Notes: generated by a model not told the origin, from the letters alone. DNA of 24,000 nt from Azospirillum sp. TSO22-1 (GCF_003116015.1 NZ_LGQZ01000056.1:34003-58002), one strand, 5' to 3'. Counted from the stretch's first letter, positions 1-8,466 are shown. Made by a program: numbers and translations.

Positions 1-590
1 ACGCCATCGCGCGGGCGCGGCCGGCGCGGCGCGGGGCGCTGATGATGCTGGTCATCCTGCCGTTCTGGACCTCGTTCCTGATCCGCGTCTACGCCTGGAT
101 CGGCATTCTCAAGGCCAACGGCACGCTGGCCAACCTGTTGGCTTCCGTCGGTCTCGTGGACCCGTCGTTCGAGCTGCTGTACTCCGACGTCGCCGTCTAC
201 ATCGGCATCACCTACTCGTACCTGCCCTTCATGATCCTGCCGCTGTACGCGTCGCTGGAGAAGCTCGATCCGACGCTGCTGGAGGCCGCCGCCGACCTCG
301 GCGCGCGCCCGTGGGAGGCGTTCCTGCGCGTCACGCTGCCGCTGTCGCTGCCGGGCATCATCGCGGGATCGCTGCTGGTGTTCATCCCGGCGGTGGGCGA
401 GTTCGTCATCCCCGAGCTGCTGGGCGGGCCGGACACGCTGATGATCGGCCGCGTGCTGTGGAACGAGTTCTTCTCCAACCGCGACTGGCCGGTCGCCTCG
501 GCGGTGGCCATCGCGCTGCTGCTGTTCCTGGTGGTGCCGATCATGGTGTTCCAGTACGTGCAGGGCCGCCAGCAGGAGGCCGGGCGATGA
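1..590 (+). CDS. potH: Putrescine/spermidine ABC transporter permease PotH-like, 5' truncated by window edge (frame open from before base 42)
   Basis: Membrane protein with the ABC permease EAA-type signature (LLEAAADLGARPWEAFLRVTLPLSLPGIIAG); overlaps a second permease by an ATGA junction. Confidence 0.88.
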   Translation, partial: AIARARPARRGALMMLVILPFWTSFLIRVYAWIGILKANGTLANLLASVGLVDPSFELLYSDVAVYIGITYSYLPFMILPLYASLEKLDPTLLEAAADLGARPWEAFLRVTLPLSLPGIIAGSLLVFIPAVGEFVIPELLGGPDTLMIGRVLWNEFFSNRDWPVASAVAIALLLFLVVPIMVFQYVQGRQQEAGR

Positions 591-1423
591 GGCCGCTGCT
601 GTCCCCCCTCTCCTGGGCGCTGTGGTTCGGCTACGCCTTCCTGTACGTGCCGATCGCGCTGCTGATCCTGTACTCGTTCAACGAGTCGCGGCTGGTCACG
701 GTGTGGGGTGGCTTCTCGACCAAGTGGTACGGCGAGCTGCTGCACAACGCACCGCTTCTCGATTCGGCGTGGCTGTCGGTCCAGATCGCCGGGCTGTCGG
801 CGACGCTGGCGGTCGTGCTGGGCACGCTGGCCGGGCTGGCGCTGGCGCGTTTCGGGCGTTTCCGCGGGCGGACGCTGTTCGGCGGCCTGATCTCGGCGCC
901 GCTGGTGATGCCGGAGGTGATCATCGGCCTGTCGCTGCTGCTGCTGTTCGTCGCCATGGAGCAGTGGATCGGCTGGCCGGACGGCCGCGGCATGACCACC
1001 ATCACCATCGCCCACACCACCTTCACCACCGCCTACGTGGCGGTGATCGTGCAGTCGCGCCTCGCCGGCATGGACGGCAGCCTGGAGGAGGCGGCCATGG
1101 ACCTCGGCGCCCGACCGGCCAAGGTGTTCTTCGTCATCACCCTGCCGCTGATCGCCCCGGCCATCGTGGCGGGCTGGCTGCTGGCCTTCACGCTGTCGCT
1201 GGACGACGTGGTGGTGGCGAGCTTCGTGTCGGGGCCGGGCTCGACCACGCTGCCGATGACCATCCTGTCCAGCGTGCGCTTCGGCGTCAGTCCGCAGATC
1301 AACGCGCTGGCGACCATCATCGTGCTGGTGGTGGCGGCCGGGATCTTCGTCGCCAGCCTGCTGCTGGCGCGCCGCGAACGGCAGCGGCGGCGGGACGAGC
1401 AGATGGCGCTTCAGGGCGGCTGA
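587..1423 (+). CDS. potI: Putrescine/spermidine ABC transporter permease PotI-like
   Basis: ATG at 587 overlaps the potH stop (ATGA); translation MRPLLSPLSWALWFGYAFLYVPIALLILYSFNESRL... with EAAMDLGARPAKVFFVITLPLIAPAIVAG motif, typical of PotI. Confidence 0.9.
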   Translation: MRPLLSPLSWALWFGYAFLYVPIALLILYSFNESRLVTVWGGFSTKWYGELLHNAPLLDSAWLSVQIAGLSATLAVVLGTLAGLALARFGRFRGRTLFGGLISAPLVMPEVIIGLSLLLLFVAMEQWIGWPDGRGMTTITIAHTTFTTAYVAVIVQSRLAGMDGSLEEAAMDLGARPAKVFFVITLPLIAPAIVAGWLLAFTLSLDDVVVASFVSGPGSTTLPMTILSSVRFGVSPQINALATIIVLVVAAGIFVASLLLARRERQRRRDEQMALQGG

Positions 1424-1516
1424 GCCTCTTGCGAAAGACCGCCCATTGCCAAAACCGCGCGCCGATGGTTACGTCATGACGGGCCTGGTGCCCGAAAATG
1501 TCACAGGAGGGATCGC

Positions 1517-2569
1517 ATGACCACCCCGGCGGCGGAAGGTCTGCACATGCCCGGCGAGTGGGAGCCCCACGCGCGCTGCTGGATGGCGTGGCCGTGCCGG
1601 CCCGAGACGTGGCCCGTGCCTGAGGAGGACGAGGAGGTCGACCGCCTGGAGGCCGCTCGCGCCGTCTACGCCGAGGTCGCCCGCGCCATCACCCGGTTCG
1701 AGCCGGTGACCATGGTCTGCGACCCCGACGACGTGGCGGAGGCGTCGCTGGCCTGCGGCCCCGGCATCCAGATCCTGCCGATCCCGATCTCCGACAGCTG
1801 GATCCGCGACACCGGGCCGAGCTTCGTCACCGGGCGCAACGGCCGGGTGGCCGGCGTGCACTGGCGCTTCAACGCCTGGGGCGGCAACTACCCGGACTGC
1901 GCCAAGGACCAGGAGGTCGGCCGCCTCGTGCTGGAACACCTGGGGCAGGAGCGCTTCGCCGCGCCCCTGGTGATGGAGGGCGGCTCGTTCCACGTGGACG
2001 GGCAAGGCACGCTGCTGACCACCGAGCAGTGCCTGCTCAACCCCAACCGCAACCCGAGCCTGTCCAGGGCGGAGATCGAGCGGCACCTGAGGGACTTCCT
2101 GGGGGTCTCCAGCATCATCTGGCTGGGCGAGGGCTACCAGGACGACGAAACCGACGGGCACATCGACGAGATCGCCTGCTTCGTCCGCCCCGGCGTGGTG
2201 CTGGCGCTGACCACCGACGACCCGACGGACGCCAACTTCAAGGCGTTCCAGGACAACCTGGACCGCCTGAAGAAGGCGCGCGACGCTCAGGGGCGCGAGT
2301 TGGAGGTGATCCCGATCCAGCAGCCGGCCCGGCGCGACCAGAACGGCGTGCGGCTGACGCTGAGCTACACCAACCTCTACGTCGCCAACGGCGGCGTGGT
2401 GATGCCGGCCTTCGAGGACCCGGCCGACGACGAGGCCTACCGCACCGTGCGCCGCGCCTTCCCCGACCGCGAGGTGATCCAGATGGCGGCGCTGGACATC
2501 GTGCGCGGCGGCGGCGGCATCCACTGCATTACGCAACAGCAGCCGTTGGGGCAGGGGGCGGCCGGGTAA
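1517..2569 (+). CDS. aguA: Agmatine deiminase (peptidyl-arginine deiminase family)
   Basis: AGGAGGG ribosome-binding site 5' of ATG 1517; MPGEWEPHARCWMAWPCRPETWP, DSWIRDTGPSF and C-terminal GGGGIHCITQQQP with the expected catalytic Cys. Confidence 0.93.
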   Translation: MTTPAAEGLHMPGEWEPHARCWMAWPCRPETWPVPEEDEEVDRLEAARAVYAEVARAITRFEPVTMVCDPDDVAEASLACGPGIQILPIPISDSWIRDTGPSFVTGRNGRVAGVHWRFNAWGGNYPDCAKDQEVGRLVLEHLGQERFAAPLVMEGGSFHVDGQGTLLTTEQCLLNPNRNPSLSRAEIERHLRDFLGVSSIIWLGEGYQDDETDGHIDEIACFVRPGVVLALTTDDPTDANFKAFQDNLDRLKKARDAQGRELEVIPIQQPARRDQNGVRLTLSYTNLYVANGGVVMPAFEDPADDEAYRTVRRAFPDREVIQMAALDIVRGGGGIHCITQQQPLGQGAAG

Positions 2570-3592
2570 TCAGTAGGTGACCAGCCGGCCGCGGAAGCTT
2601 TGCTTCTCGGGGGTATCTTCGAGCTTCTTGCACGCCACCCCCTTCTTGACCTCCTGGTCCCCATCGTCGCTGAGCAGGTAGAGTGCGCCCGGCTTGCCGG
2701 GGATGGTGAAGACCGCTTCGGGGGCGATGCCGCCGAGGTTGGCCGTGATCGGCGCCGGCGCCTCGTCGGCCCGGCCGCTCCACTGGAACAGCTTGAAGGG
2801 CTGGTCACCGGCATCGGTGGAGGGGCCGGCGACGATCAGGTACCGGCCGTTGTCGATCTCCAGGCTGCGGATGCCGTATCCTTTGCCGAGGGACAGCGAG
2901 ATCGGTTCGCCGAAAGCCGCCGCTTTGCCCTTGATGACCTCCGTCGGGTTCTGCAACGGCAGGATGAGCGCCGCCGTTTTGTCCTTCAGTGGGCTGCGGA
3001 AACCGATCCACAGCCCTCCGTCGGGTGCCGCCACGAGGCCTTCGATGTTGAGCCCGCCCTGGTCCCCCGTCCCCAGCTTGGAAGTCTCTTCCAGCTTGTA
3101 ATCCTTGGCCTTTTCGCCGGCCAGAACGTCCTTGATCAAGGTCCGATAGGGTGTGTGTTGTTCCTCGAAGACGATATCCTCGCCCTGCTTTTCAATCTTC
3201 ATGGCAAACAGCTGGTGTCGTTCCGGCCGGTCGTGACCATCTCTGTTTTGTCCATGCGAGCCGATCCAGAAATACAAGTTTCCTAGGCGTGCTACGCCCT
3301 CGATGTCGACCTCTCTGGCATCATCCTTGTCATTCTTCTTTTTCTTATTGCCGTCGTTTTTGATTTTGACGAACTTGCCGAGATCGTGCATCTCCTTGAC
3401 CGCTGGGTGGCCGCGCTTATAGACCCGTAGGATATTGTCATCGTTGCTGGCGACGACGAAGTGCTCTTCGTCCAAGGCGAACGCCGCCGAGGCGTCGCAC
3501 ATGCCCACATAGACATCGTCGGCCGCCCTCGCCGCCGGCAACCCGGCCAGGATCGCCACGGCGCAGCCCGCCGCCGTCCAGAACATCCTCAT
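2570..3592 (-). CDS. DUF3616-like secreted/periplasmic protein with N-terminal signal peptide
   Basis: Start trimmed to MRMFWTAAGCAVAILAGLPAARAADD (AGGGAGG upstream of ATG on the minus strand); GMCDASAAFALDEEHFVVASNDDNILRVY and DIEGVARLGNLYFWIGSHGQN resemble DUF3616 proteins. Confidence 0.75.
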   Translation of the reverse strand: MRMFWTAAGCAVAILAGLPAARAADDVYVGMCDASAAFALDEEHFVVASNDDNILRVYKRGHPAVKEMHDLGKFVKIKNDGNKKKKNDKDDAREVDIEGVARLGNLYFWIGSHGQNRDGHDRPERHQLFAMKIEKQGEDIVFEEQHTPYRTLIKDVLAGEKAKDYKLEETSKLGTGDQGGLNIEGLVAAPDGGLWIGFRSPLKDKTAALILPLQNPTEVIKGKAAAFGEPISLSLGKGYGIRSLEIDNGRYLIVAGPSTDAGDQPFKLFQWSGRADEAPAPITANLGGIAPEAVFTIPGKPGALYLLSDDGDQEVKKGVACKKLEDTPEKQSFRGRLVTY

Positions 3593-3829
3593 TATCGTGC
3601 CTCCCTGGAGCATGCCACCATGGTTTCGCGCCCGGCGCACACCGGTGCGGGCGCGGTGGCCGTGTTGAAAAAGGAAAAGACGAGGCAAGCTTGTCCTGAT
3701 TGAGACGATAGAGTCGCTAACAATGTTTTGTCATTACTGCATACGGTCTACTACCGCAATGGGAGTGTCCAACATATTATTGTATTCATCTGTGATGAAT
3801 CCGCGCCGGTGTGCCGTCGCTGATACCCC

Positions 3830-3857
3830 TTGTGACAACGCGGATTCGTGGTAGAAT
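3830..3857 (+). promoter_or_regulatory. Candidate sigma70-like promoter (TTGTGA, 16 bp, TAGAAT) in a locally AT-richer intergenic region
   Basis: -35-like TTGTGA 3830-3835 and -10-like TAGAAT 3852-3857, upstream of the small CDS at 3971. Confidence 0.35.
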
Positions 3858-3970
3858 TGGCTTGCGTGCAAAGCGCGCTTGTGCAGCCCCGGTTGCTGCG
3901 CAGATGTTGCACAGCGGTTTTTGCGGGCCAAAGAGCCGGCAGTCGCCGCGGCTTCATCGAAAGCACCGTC

Positions 3971-4264
3971 ATGGACCTGACGCCGGCCGTCGCGCCCTTC
4001 GTGGCGAAACCCCAGCAGCCGATCACCCCGGCGGCTCAGGCGGCGTTGTCTCCGGCGATGGCCGCCGCGCAGCAGACGGTCCACGTCGTCCGCACCCAGA
4101 CCATCCAGGCCCCGCAGGCCACCGGCAAGACCGAAGGCTCGCGCGACACCCGCACCGGGACCGAAACCGGGCAGTCGGTCGACCCCGGCGCCGGCGCCGT
4201 TACCGCGCGGGCGAACGGCGCCCACCACCAGCCGCGCGGTTCGCTGCTCGACGTGCACGTCTGA
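3971..4264 (+). CDS. Small hypothetical protein (97 aa), Ala/Gln/Thr-rich
   Basis: Frame open with start most plausibly at ATG 3971 (MDLTPAVAPFVAKPQQPITPAAQAAL...); no recognised domain. Confidence 0.55.
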   Translation: MDLTPAVAPFVAKPQQPITPAAQAALSPAMAAAQQTVHVVRTQTIQAPQATGKTEGSRDTRTGTETGQSVDPGAGAVTARANGAHHQPRGSLLDVHV

Positions 4265-4280
4265 GGTGGCTTGATTGCCC

Positions 4281-4916
4281 ATGCGGGCGTCCTTCCGGCA
4301 TCTGCTCCGTCGCCCGACCCTTTTGATCGCCTTGGCCGTCGTCGTCGCCATTGATGCGGCGCTGTTGCCGTTCCTGCGCCCGGTGACCGCGTTTCTCCTG
4401 GGCTGGTGCGTCGGCGTCGGCGTCTACATGGCGATGACACTGCGGCTGATGGCGCAGGCTACAGTCGACAGCATTCGCCACCGCGCTCAGCTCCTTGAGC
4501 AGGGGCGCGGCAGCATCCTGGCCGCCATCGTGACCGCGGTCATCGCCGCGGTGGCCGCCATCGTGCTTGAAATCGCGCAAAGCCGCGGCACGCCGCACGC
4601 CGCGTCCAGCGCTGCGCTGGGCGGTGTGACGATCCTGCTGTCCTGGGCCTTCCTGCACGTGGTGTTCGCCCAGCATTACGCGCACGACCACTGGCTCGGC
4701 GAGCCACAACTCGAGTTTCCCGGCGCACAGACGCCGGATTATCTGGAGTTCCTGTACTTCTCCTTCACCGTCGGCATGACGGCGCAGGTGTCCGACATCA
4801 CCACCCGCGGCGCGGCGGTGCGGCGGCTGGTGCTGCTGCACGGGATCCTGTCGTTCCTGTTCAACACCGCCATCCTCGCCCTGGGAATCAACATTGCGGC
4901 GGGGCTGTTCGGTTAG
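4281..4916 (+). CDS. DUF1345-like multi-spanning membrane protein
   Basis: MRASFRHLLRRPTLLIALAVVV...; SWAFLHVVFAQHYAHDHW and PDYLEFLYFSFTVGMTAQVSDI typical of DUF1345 proteins; TTG at 4275 is an alternative start. Confidence 0.8.
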   Translation: MRASFRHLLRRPTLLIALAVVVAIDAALLPFLRPVTAFLLGWCVGVGVYMAMTLRLMAQATVDSIRHRAQLLEQGRGSILAAIVTAVIAAVAAIVLEIAQSRGTPHAASSAALGGVTILLSWAFLHVVFAQHYAHDHWLGEPQLEFPGAQTPDYLEFLYFSFTVGMTAQVSDITTRGAAVRRLVLLHGILSFLFNTAILALGINIAAGLFG

Positions 4917-5377
4917 GCGGCGCCCCGCCGCAGCACCATGTCCACGTGCGGAATGCCGGCGTCGTCGTACGGTTGGCTTACTGTTTCGAACCCCAGCGCG
5001 CCGTAGAAGCGCTGCAGGTGTTTCTGCGCGCTGATCGCCACGTCCGCGCCGGGGTGCCGCAGGGCGAGGAACGCCAGCCCTTCCGCCACCAGCGCGCGGC
5101 CCAATCCCGATCCGCGGGCCGCTTCGCCGACCACGACGCGGCCCAAGGATGCCGCCTTGCCGACGATCCCCGGCGCGAAGACGCGCAGGTAGCCGTGCAG
5201 TGCGCCATCCTCGCCGCACGCCAGCAGATGATCGGCCTCCCGGTCGCGGCCGTCGATGTCGGCGAACAGCGACGCCTGCTCGATCACGAACACGCGCTGG
5301 CGCAGTTCCAGCACCGCGTACAGCTCGGCTGTGGTGAAATCCCCGAAGCGCAGCCAGCGGTGGGTGAGGGGCGGCAT
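4913..5377 (-). CDS. GNAT-family N-acetyltransferase, ElaA-like
   Basis: Start trimmed to MPPLTHRWLRFGDFTTAELYAVLELRQRVFVIEQ; ElaA-like LGRVVVGEAARGSGLGRALVAEGL acetyl-CoA loop; convergent 4-bp overlap with the preceding + strand gene. Confidence 0.87.
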   Translation of the reverse strand: MPPLTHRWLRFGDFTTAELYAVLELRQRVFVIEQASLFADIDGRDREADHLLACGEDGALHGYLRVFAPGIVGKAASLGRVVVGEAARGSGLGRALVAEGLAFLALRHPGADVAISAQKHLQRFYGALGFETVSQPYDDAGIPHVDMVLRRGAA

Positions 5378-5396
5378 CGCGGTCTCCTGCACGCAT

Positions 5397-5430
5397 AAAA
5401 AATCCCCCTCCCCGGAAGCGGGAAGGGGGA
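5397..5430 (-). terminator. Rho-independent terminator downstream of the clpP-like gene
   Basis: Minus-strand TCCCCCTTCCC-GCTTCC-GGGGAGGGGGA-TTTTTT: 11-position stem with one mismatch, 6-nt loop, 6-T tract. Confidence 0.85.
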
Positions 5431-5450
5431 TCGAACCGGAACGGACGGGC

Positions 5451-6080
5451 TTACTTGAACGCGTCCATGCTCTCGATGACGTTGGGGACGATGCCGTACT
5501 CGCGGGCTTCGTCGGCCAGCATCCAGTAGTTGCGGTCGGTGTCCTTGGCGACCTTTTCCAGCGGCTGGCCGGTCTCACGCGCGATGATCTTGTTCAGACG
5601 CTCGCGCATGCGGATGATTTCCTTCGCCTCGATGGCGATGTCCGTTGCCCGGCCGCCGGTGCCGCCCAGCGGCTGGTGGATCAGGAAGCGGGTGTTGGGC
5701 AGGCAGAAGCGGTTCTCCTTCTTCGCCGCCAGGAAGATGTGGCAGCCCGCGCTGGCGACCCAGCCGGTACCGAGCATCTTCACCTCGGGCTTCACGAAGC
5801 GGATCATGTCGTGGATGGTGTCGCCCGCCTCGACGTGGCCGCCCGGAGAATTGACGATCACCCGGATCGGGTCGTCGCTCTCCTGCGCCAGCGCCAGCAG
5901 CTGCGCGGTCACGCCCATGGCCAGCTTCATGTCGATCTGGCCGAAGATCAGGACGGTGCGGGCCTTGAACAGGTTCTGCTGGACCGCGGCGAAGGGGGGC
6001 GGCGTGGCTTCCTTGTCCTTCTTCTCGTCCGGCTCTTCACCCGGCTCGTCATCGAACCAGTAGGTCCCGGCGTGCGCCAT
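5451..6080 (-). CDS. ATP-dependent Clp protease proteolytic subunit homolog (ClpP-like, atypical triad)
   Basis: MAHAGTYWFDDEPGEEPDEKKD...; IVNSPGGHVEAGDTIHDMI, GTGWVASAGCHIFLAA, TRFLIHQPLGGTGGRATDIAI, KDTDRNYWMLADEAREYGIV align with ClpP; the supplied 5451..7883 ORF is over-extended. Confidence 0.9.
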   Translation of the reverse strand: MAHAGTYWFDDEPGEEPDEKKDKEATPPPFAAVQQNLFKARTVLIFGQIDMKLAMGVTAQLLALAQESDDPIRVIVNSPGGHVEAGDTIHDMIRFVKPEVKMLGTGWVASAGCHIFLAAKKENRFCLPNTRFLIHQPLGGTGGRATDIAIEAKEIIRMRERLNKIIARETGQPLEKVAKDTDRNYWMLADEAREYGIVPNVIESMDAFK

Positions 6081-6245
6081 TGTGTGTCTCCCCGGTATGG
6101 GCTTGAGTATCGGTCTCGCTCGTGCGGCGTACGCACGTCCATCTCCCACATAGCCCGTCTTGGGCGCGGGTTCAACGCCCCCCGTGTTGACAGCGCCCAC
6201 GCGCCCGGCCGCTAATGGGGCAAAGACAAAGCGAGGGAGTGGGGG

Positions 6246-7085
6246 ATGGGCGGTGCTGGGGTCTCGGTGATCGTCCCGGCGTACCGGGCGGAGGCGACGA
6301 TCGGCCGCGCGGTGCGCAGTTTGCTCGCCCAGACCCACGCGGATTGGGAGGCGGTGATCGTCGCCGACGACGGCGCCGACTACCGGGCGGTGCTGGCTGC
6401 CGAAGGGCTGGCCGACCCGCGCCTGCGCTTCGCCGCCACCGGCCGGGTGGGCAGCGGCGCGCCGGCCACCCGCAACGTCGGTCTGCGGGACGCGTCCAAG
6501 CCGTTGGTGGCGCCGCTCGACTCCGACGATCTGTGGGCGCCCGGACGGCTGGCGGTGCTGGCGCCGCTGGCGCTGGCGCGGGGCGCGGCGGCCGACAACG
6601 TGGTGGTGGTCCGTGAGCGCGACGGAGTGGAACTGTCCACCCTGTTCCCGCGGTCCGGCAGCGTCGGCGAACTGACCGCCGACAAGTTCCTCACCACCTC
6701 GGTGCCGATGTTCTTCGTGCTGCGGCGCGACCTCTGCCCGGCGTGGCCGGAGGACGTGACCTTCTGTGACGACGTGGTGTTCAACGTGCTGGCGCTGGAT
6801 CGCGTCGGGCCGATCCCGCTGGCCTACGCGCCCATGTGCGAGTACCGGCAGCGCGAGGGCTCGATCACGTTCGCCGCCGACGCCGGCGCGCGGGCCGAGG
6901 CGTGTTACCGACACGTGCTGGAGCGGCTGGCCGGTGACGGCTTCGGCATCCGCGACGAGTCGCTGCGCCGCCGCTTCGCCGCCGCGATCGAGGCCAAGCG
7001 CGCGCTGAACGCCGCCTACGAGGCGGCGCACGCCGCGGGACGCGTCGCCAACTTCCAGGAGTTCATCGCCTTGCAGGGCGGTTAG
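6246..7085 (+). CDS. Glycosyltransferase family 2 protein
   Basis: VSVIVPAYRAEATIGRAVRSLLAQTHADWEAVIVADDG...ATRNVGLRDASKPLVAPLDSDD, a GT-A fold with DxD-like motif. Confidence 0.9.
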   Translation: MGGAGVSVIVPAYRAEATIGRAVRSLLAQTHADWEAVIVADDGADYRAVLAAEGLADPRLRFAATGRVGSGAPATRNVGLRDASKPLVAPLDSDDLWAPGRLAVLAPLALARGAAADNVVVVRERDGVELSTLFPRSGSVGELTADKFLTTSVPMFFVLRRDLCPAWPEDVTFCDDVVFNVLALDRVGPIPLAYAPMCEYRQREGSITFAADAGARAEACYRHVLERLAGDGFGIRDESLRRRFAAAIEAKRALNAAYEAAHAAGRVANFQEFIALQGG

Positions 7086-7142
7086 GAGCAAAACGCCGCC
7101 CGCGCTGTTCATCAGGCACGCTTCACCCCAACCGGACCCGTC

Positions 7143-7454
7143 ATGAGCAAGCCTTTGACCGTCACCATCCCGCACCAGCTCGGCAAGCAGGGGGCGATGA
7201 CGCGCCTCCGCGACGGCATCGGGCAGGTGCGCGCGCAGCTTGGCGGCATGGGCGCCACGGTGGAGGAGACCTGGGCCGACGACCGCCTCGCCTTCCGTGT
7301 CGCCGTGCTCGGCCAGACGCTGACCGGACGCATCGACGTGCACGAGGAATCGGCCACCGTGGAGGTCGATCTGCCCTGGGCGCTCGCCCTGCTGGGCGGC
7401 AAGATCCGCGACCGCCTGCAGCGCCAGGGCACGCTGCTGCTCACCAGGAAGTAG
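7143..7454 (+). CDS. Polyhydroxyalkanoic acid system family protein (small, about 103 aa)
   Basis: MSKPLTVTIPHQLGKQGAMTRLRDGIGQV...WADDRLAFRVAVLGQTLTGRIDVHEESATVEVDLPWALALLGGKI resembles the PHA granule-region family. Confidence 0.8.
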   Translation: MSKPLTVTIPHQLGKQGAMTRLRDGIGQVRAQLGGMGATVEETWADDRLAFRVAVLGQTLTGRIDVHEESATVEVDLPWALALLGGKIRDRLQRQGTLLLTRK

Positions 7455-7462
7455 CCGGCGGC

Positions 7463-7780
7463 TCACTCCTCGATCGTCATGATCCGCTTCATCCGCGTCA
7501 CCTCCAGCACGCGGCGGACCTGACCGGACGCGGCGCGCAGCACCAGCGTGCGGTTGGCGCGCCGCATCTCCTCGTGCGCGATCAGCAGCATGCCCAGGCC
7601 GGCGGAGTCGATGTGCTGGAGTGCGCTGACGTCCAGCACGTGGCGTGGCGCGTGGTGGCGCAGCAGGCCATCCAGCGCCGAACGCATGGATGGGTAGGTC
7701 TCGAAGGTCAGGTGCCCGTGCAGGTAGGAAACCCCGTCGCCTTCGCGCAGTTCGCAGGACGGGGTGCCGTCGGTGGTCAT
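7463..7780 (-). CDS. STAS-domain protein (anti-anti-sigma factor-like)
   Basis: LREGDGVSYLHGHLTFETYPSMRSALDGLL...HVLDVSALQHIDSAGLGMLLIAHEEMRR; DSAG phosphoacceptor-type motif. Confidence 0.83.
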   Translation of the reverse strand: MTTDGTPSCELREGDGVSYLHGHLTFETYPSMRSALDGLLRHHAPRHVLDVSALQHIDSAGLGMLLIAHEEMRRANRTLVLRAASGQVRRVLEVTRMKRIMTIEE

Positions 7781-7994
7781 GCCGGTCCTCCTTGCGGATC
7801 ATTGTATGGTCTGTGCCCTGTAGAGCAACAACCGCGCCACAGCGGGGGTTTGGACGGCATAAGGCGCACACCGGCAAATGCATGGCGCATTTTCCGAGAA
7901 TTGGAAGAGTCGTCCAGTGCCGCCCCGAAATTGAGAATGTCCGGGTATGCAGGGAAGATTTCGTTAACCAAGCCCGCGCTACACTTGTGGCGCA

Positions 7995-8387
7995 ATGATG
8001 GACACCTCCCGTCTGCTCGCCACCGAGAAGTACTGGCTGAAGCGCGCCCGCGTGCGCCTCGCCATGGTTGCCGACGCAGCACCCGAACTGGGCGCGCGGG
8101 CGGCGGCGGACGGATCGGTGCTGGCCGACATCCGCATTGAGGATGGGCTGATCCGCGCCGTTCTGCCGGCCGGCAGCGCGCCGTGCTGCTGCCGCGGAGT
8201 CGACCTGGAGGGGGCGTGCGTGCTGCCGCTGGAGACCGGCGGATCGCTGCGCGCCGGCGGTCCGGCCGACCTGCTGATCGACCGCGGAGCCGAGCGGCGG
8301 CTGGTGCTGCGTGGCGGCGCCATTTCCACGGAAGGCTGCGATCTGGAGGTGGCGTGCTGTTGCACGCCGAGCGGCGTACCGGAATAG
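7995..8387 (+). CDS. Small protein resembling the N- and C-terminal flanks of a metal-dependent amidohydrolase/cytosine deaminase without the catalytic barrel
   Basis: YWLKRARVRLAMV...ADIRIEDGLIRAVLPAGSAPCCCRGVDLEGACVLP followed directly by GGSLRAGGPADLLIDRGAERRLVLRGGAIS; no HxH metal-binding motif. Confidence 0.5.
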   Translation: MMDTSRLLATEKYWLKRARVRLAMVADAAPELGARAAADGSVLADIRIEDGLIRAVLPAGSAPCCCRGVDLEGACVLPLETGGSLRAGGPADLLIDRGAERRLVLRGGAISTEGCDLEVACCCTPSGVPE

Positions 8388-8446
8388 GGTATGGTATTAG
8401 GCCATCTGGCATAGGCCCCCGCCAAGCGTCTCGACATCGGAACTGA

Positions 8447-8466
8447 ACTGAACGATATAGTTCAGT
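8447..8466. promoter_or_regulatory. Candidate repressor (for example TetR-type) operator and -10 region upstream of the RND efflux genes
   Basis: Perfect inverted repeat ACTGAAC-GATATA-GTTCAGT (7-bp arms, 6-bp spacer); TATAGT at 8456-8461 inside it looks like a -10 element; a partial direct repeat ACTGAACTGAAC precedes it. Confidence 0.6.

Noticed and set aside
2600-3286. 228-aa plus-strand ORF opposite the DUF3616-like gene
   Set aside because: The minus strand encodes a recognisable secreted protein with signal peptide and RBS; the plus frame has no motif.
6081-7883. N-terminal extension of the 810-aa ORF ending in ClpP
   Set aside because: Upstream portion is antisense of the GT2 and PHA genes; the ClpP start is MAHAGTYWFDDE at 6080.
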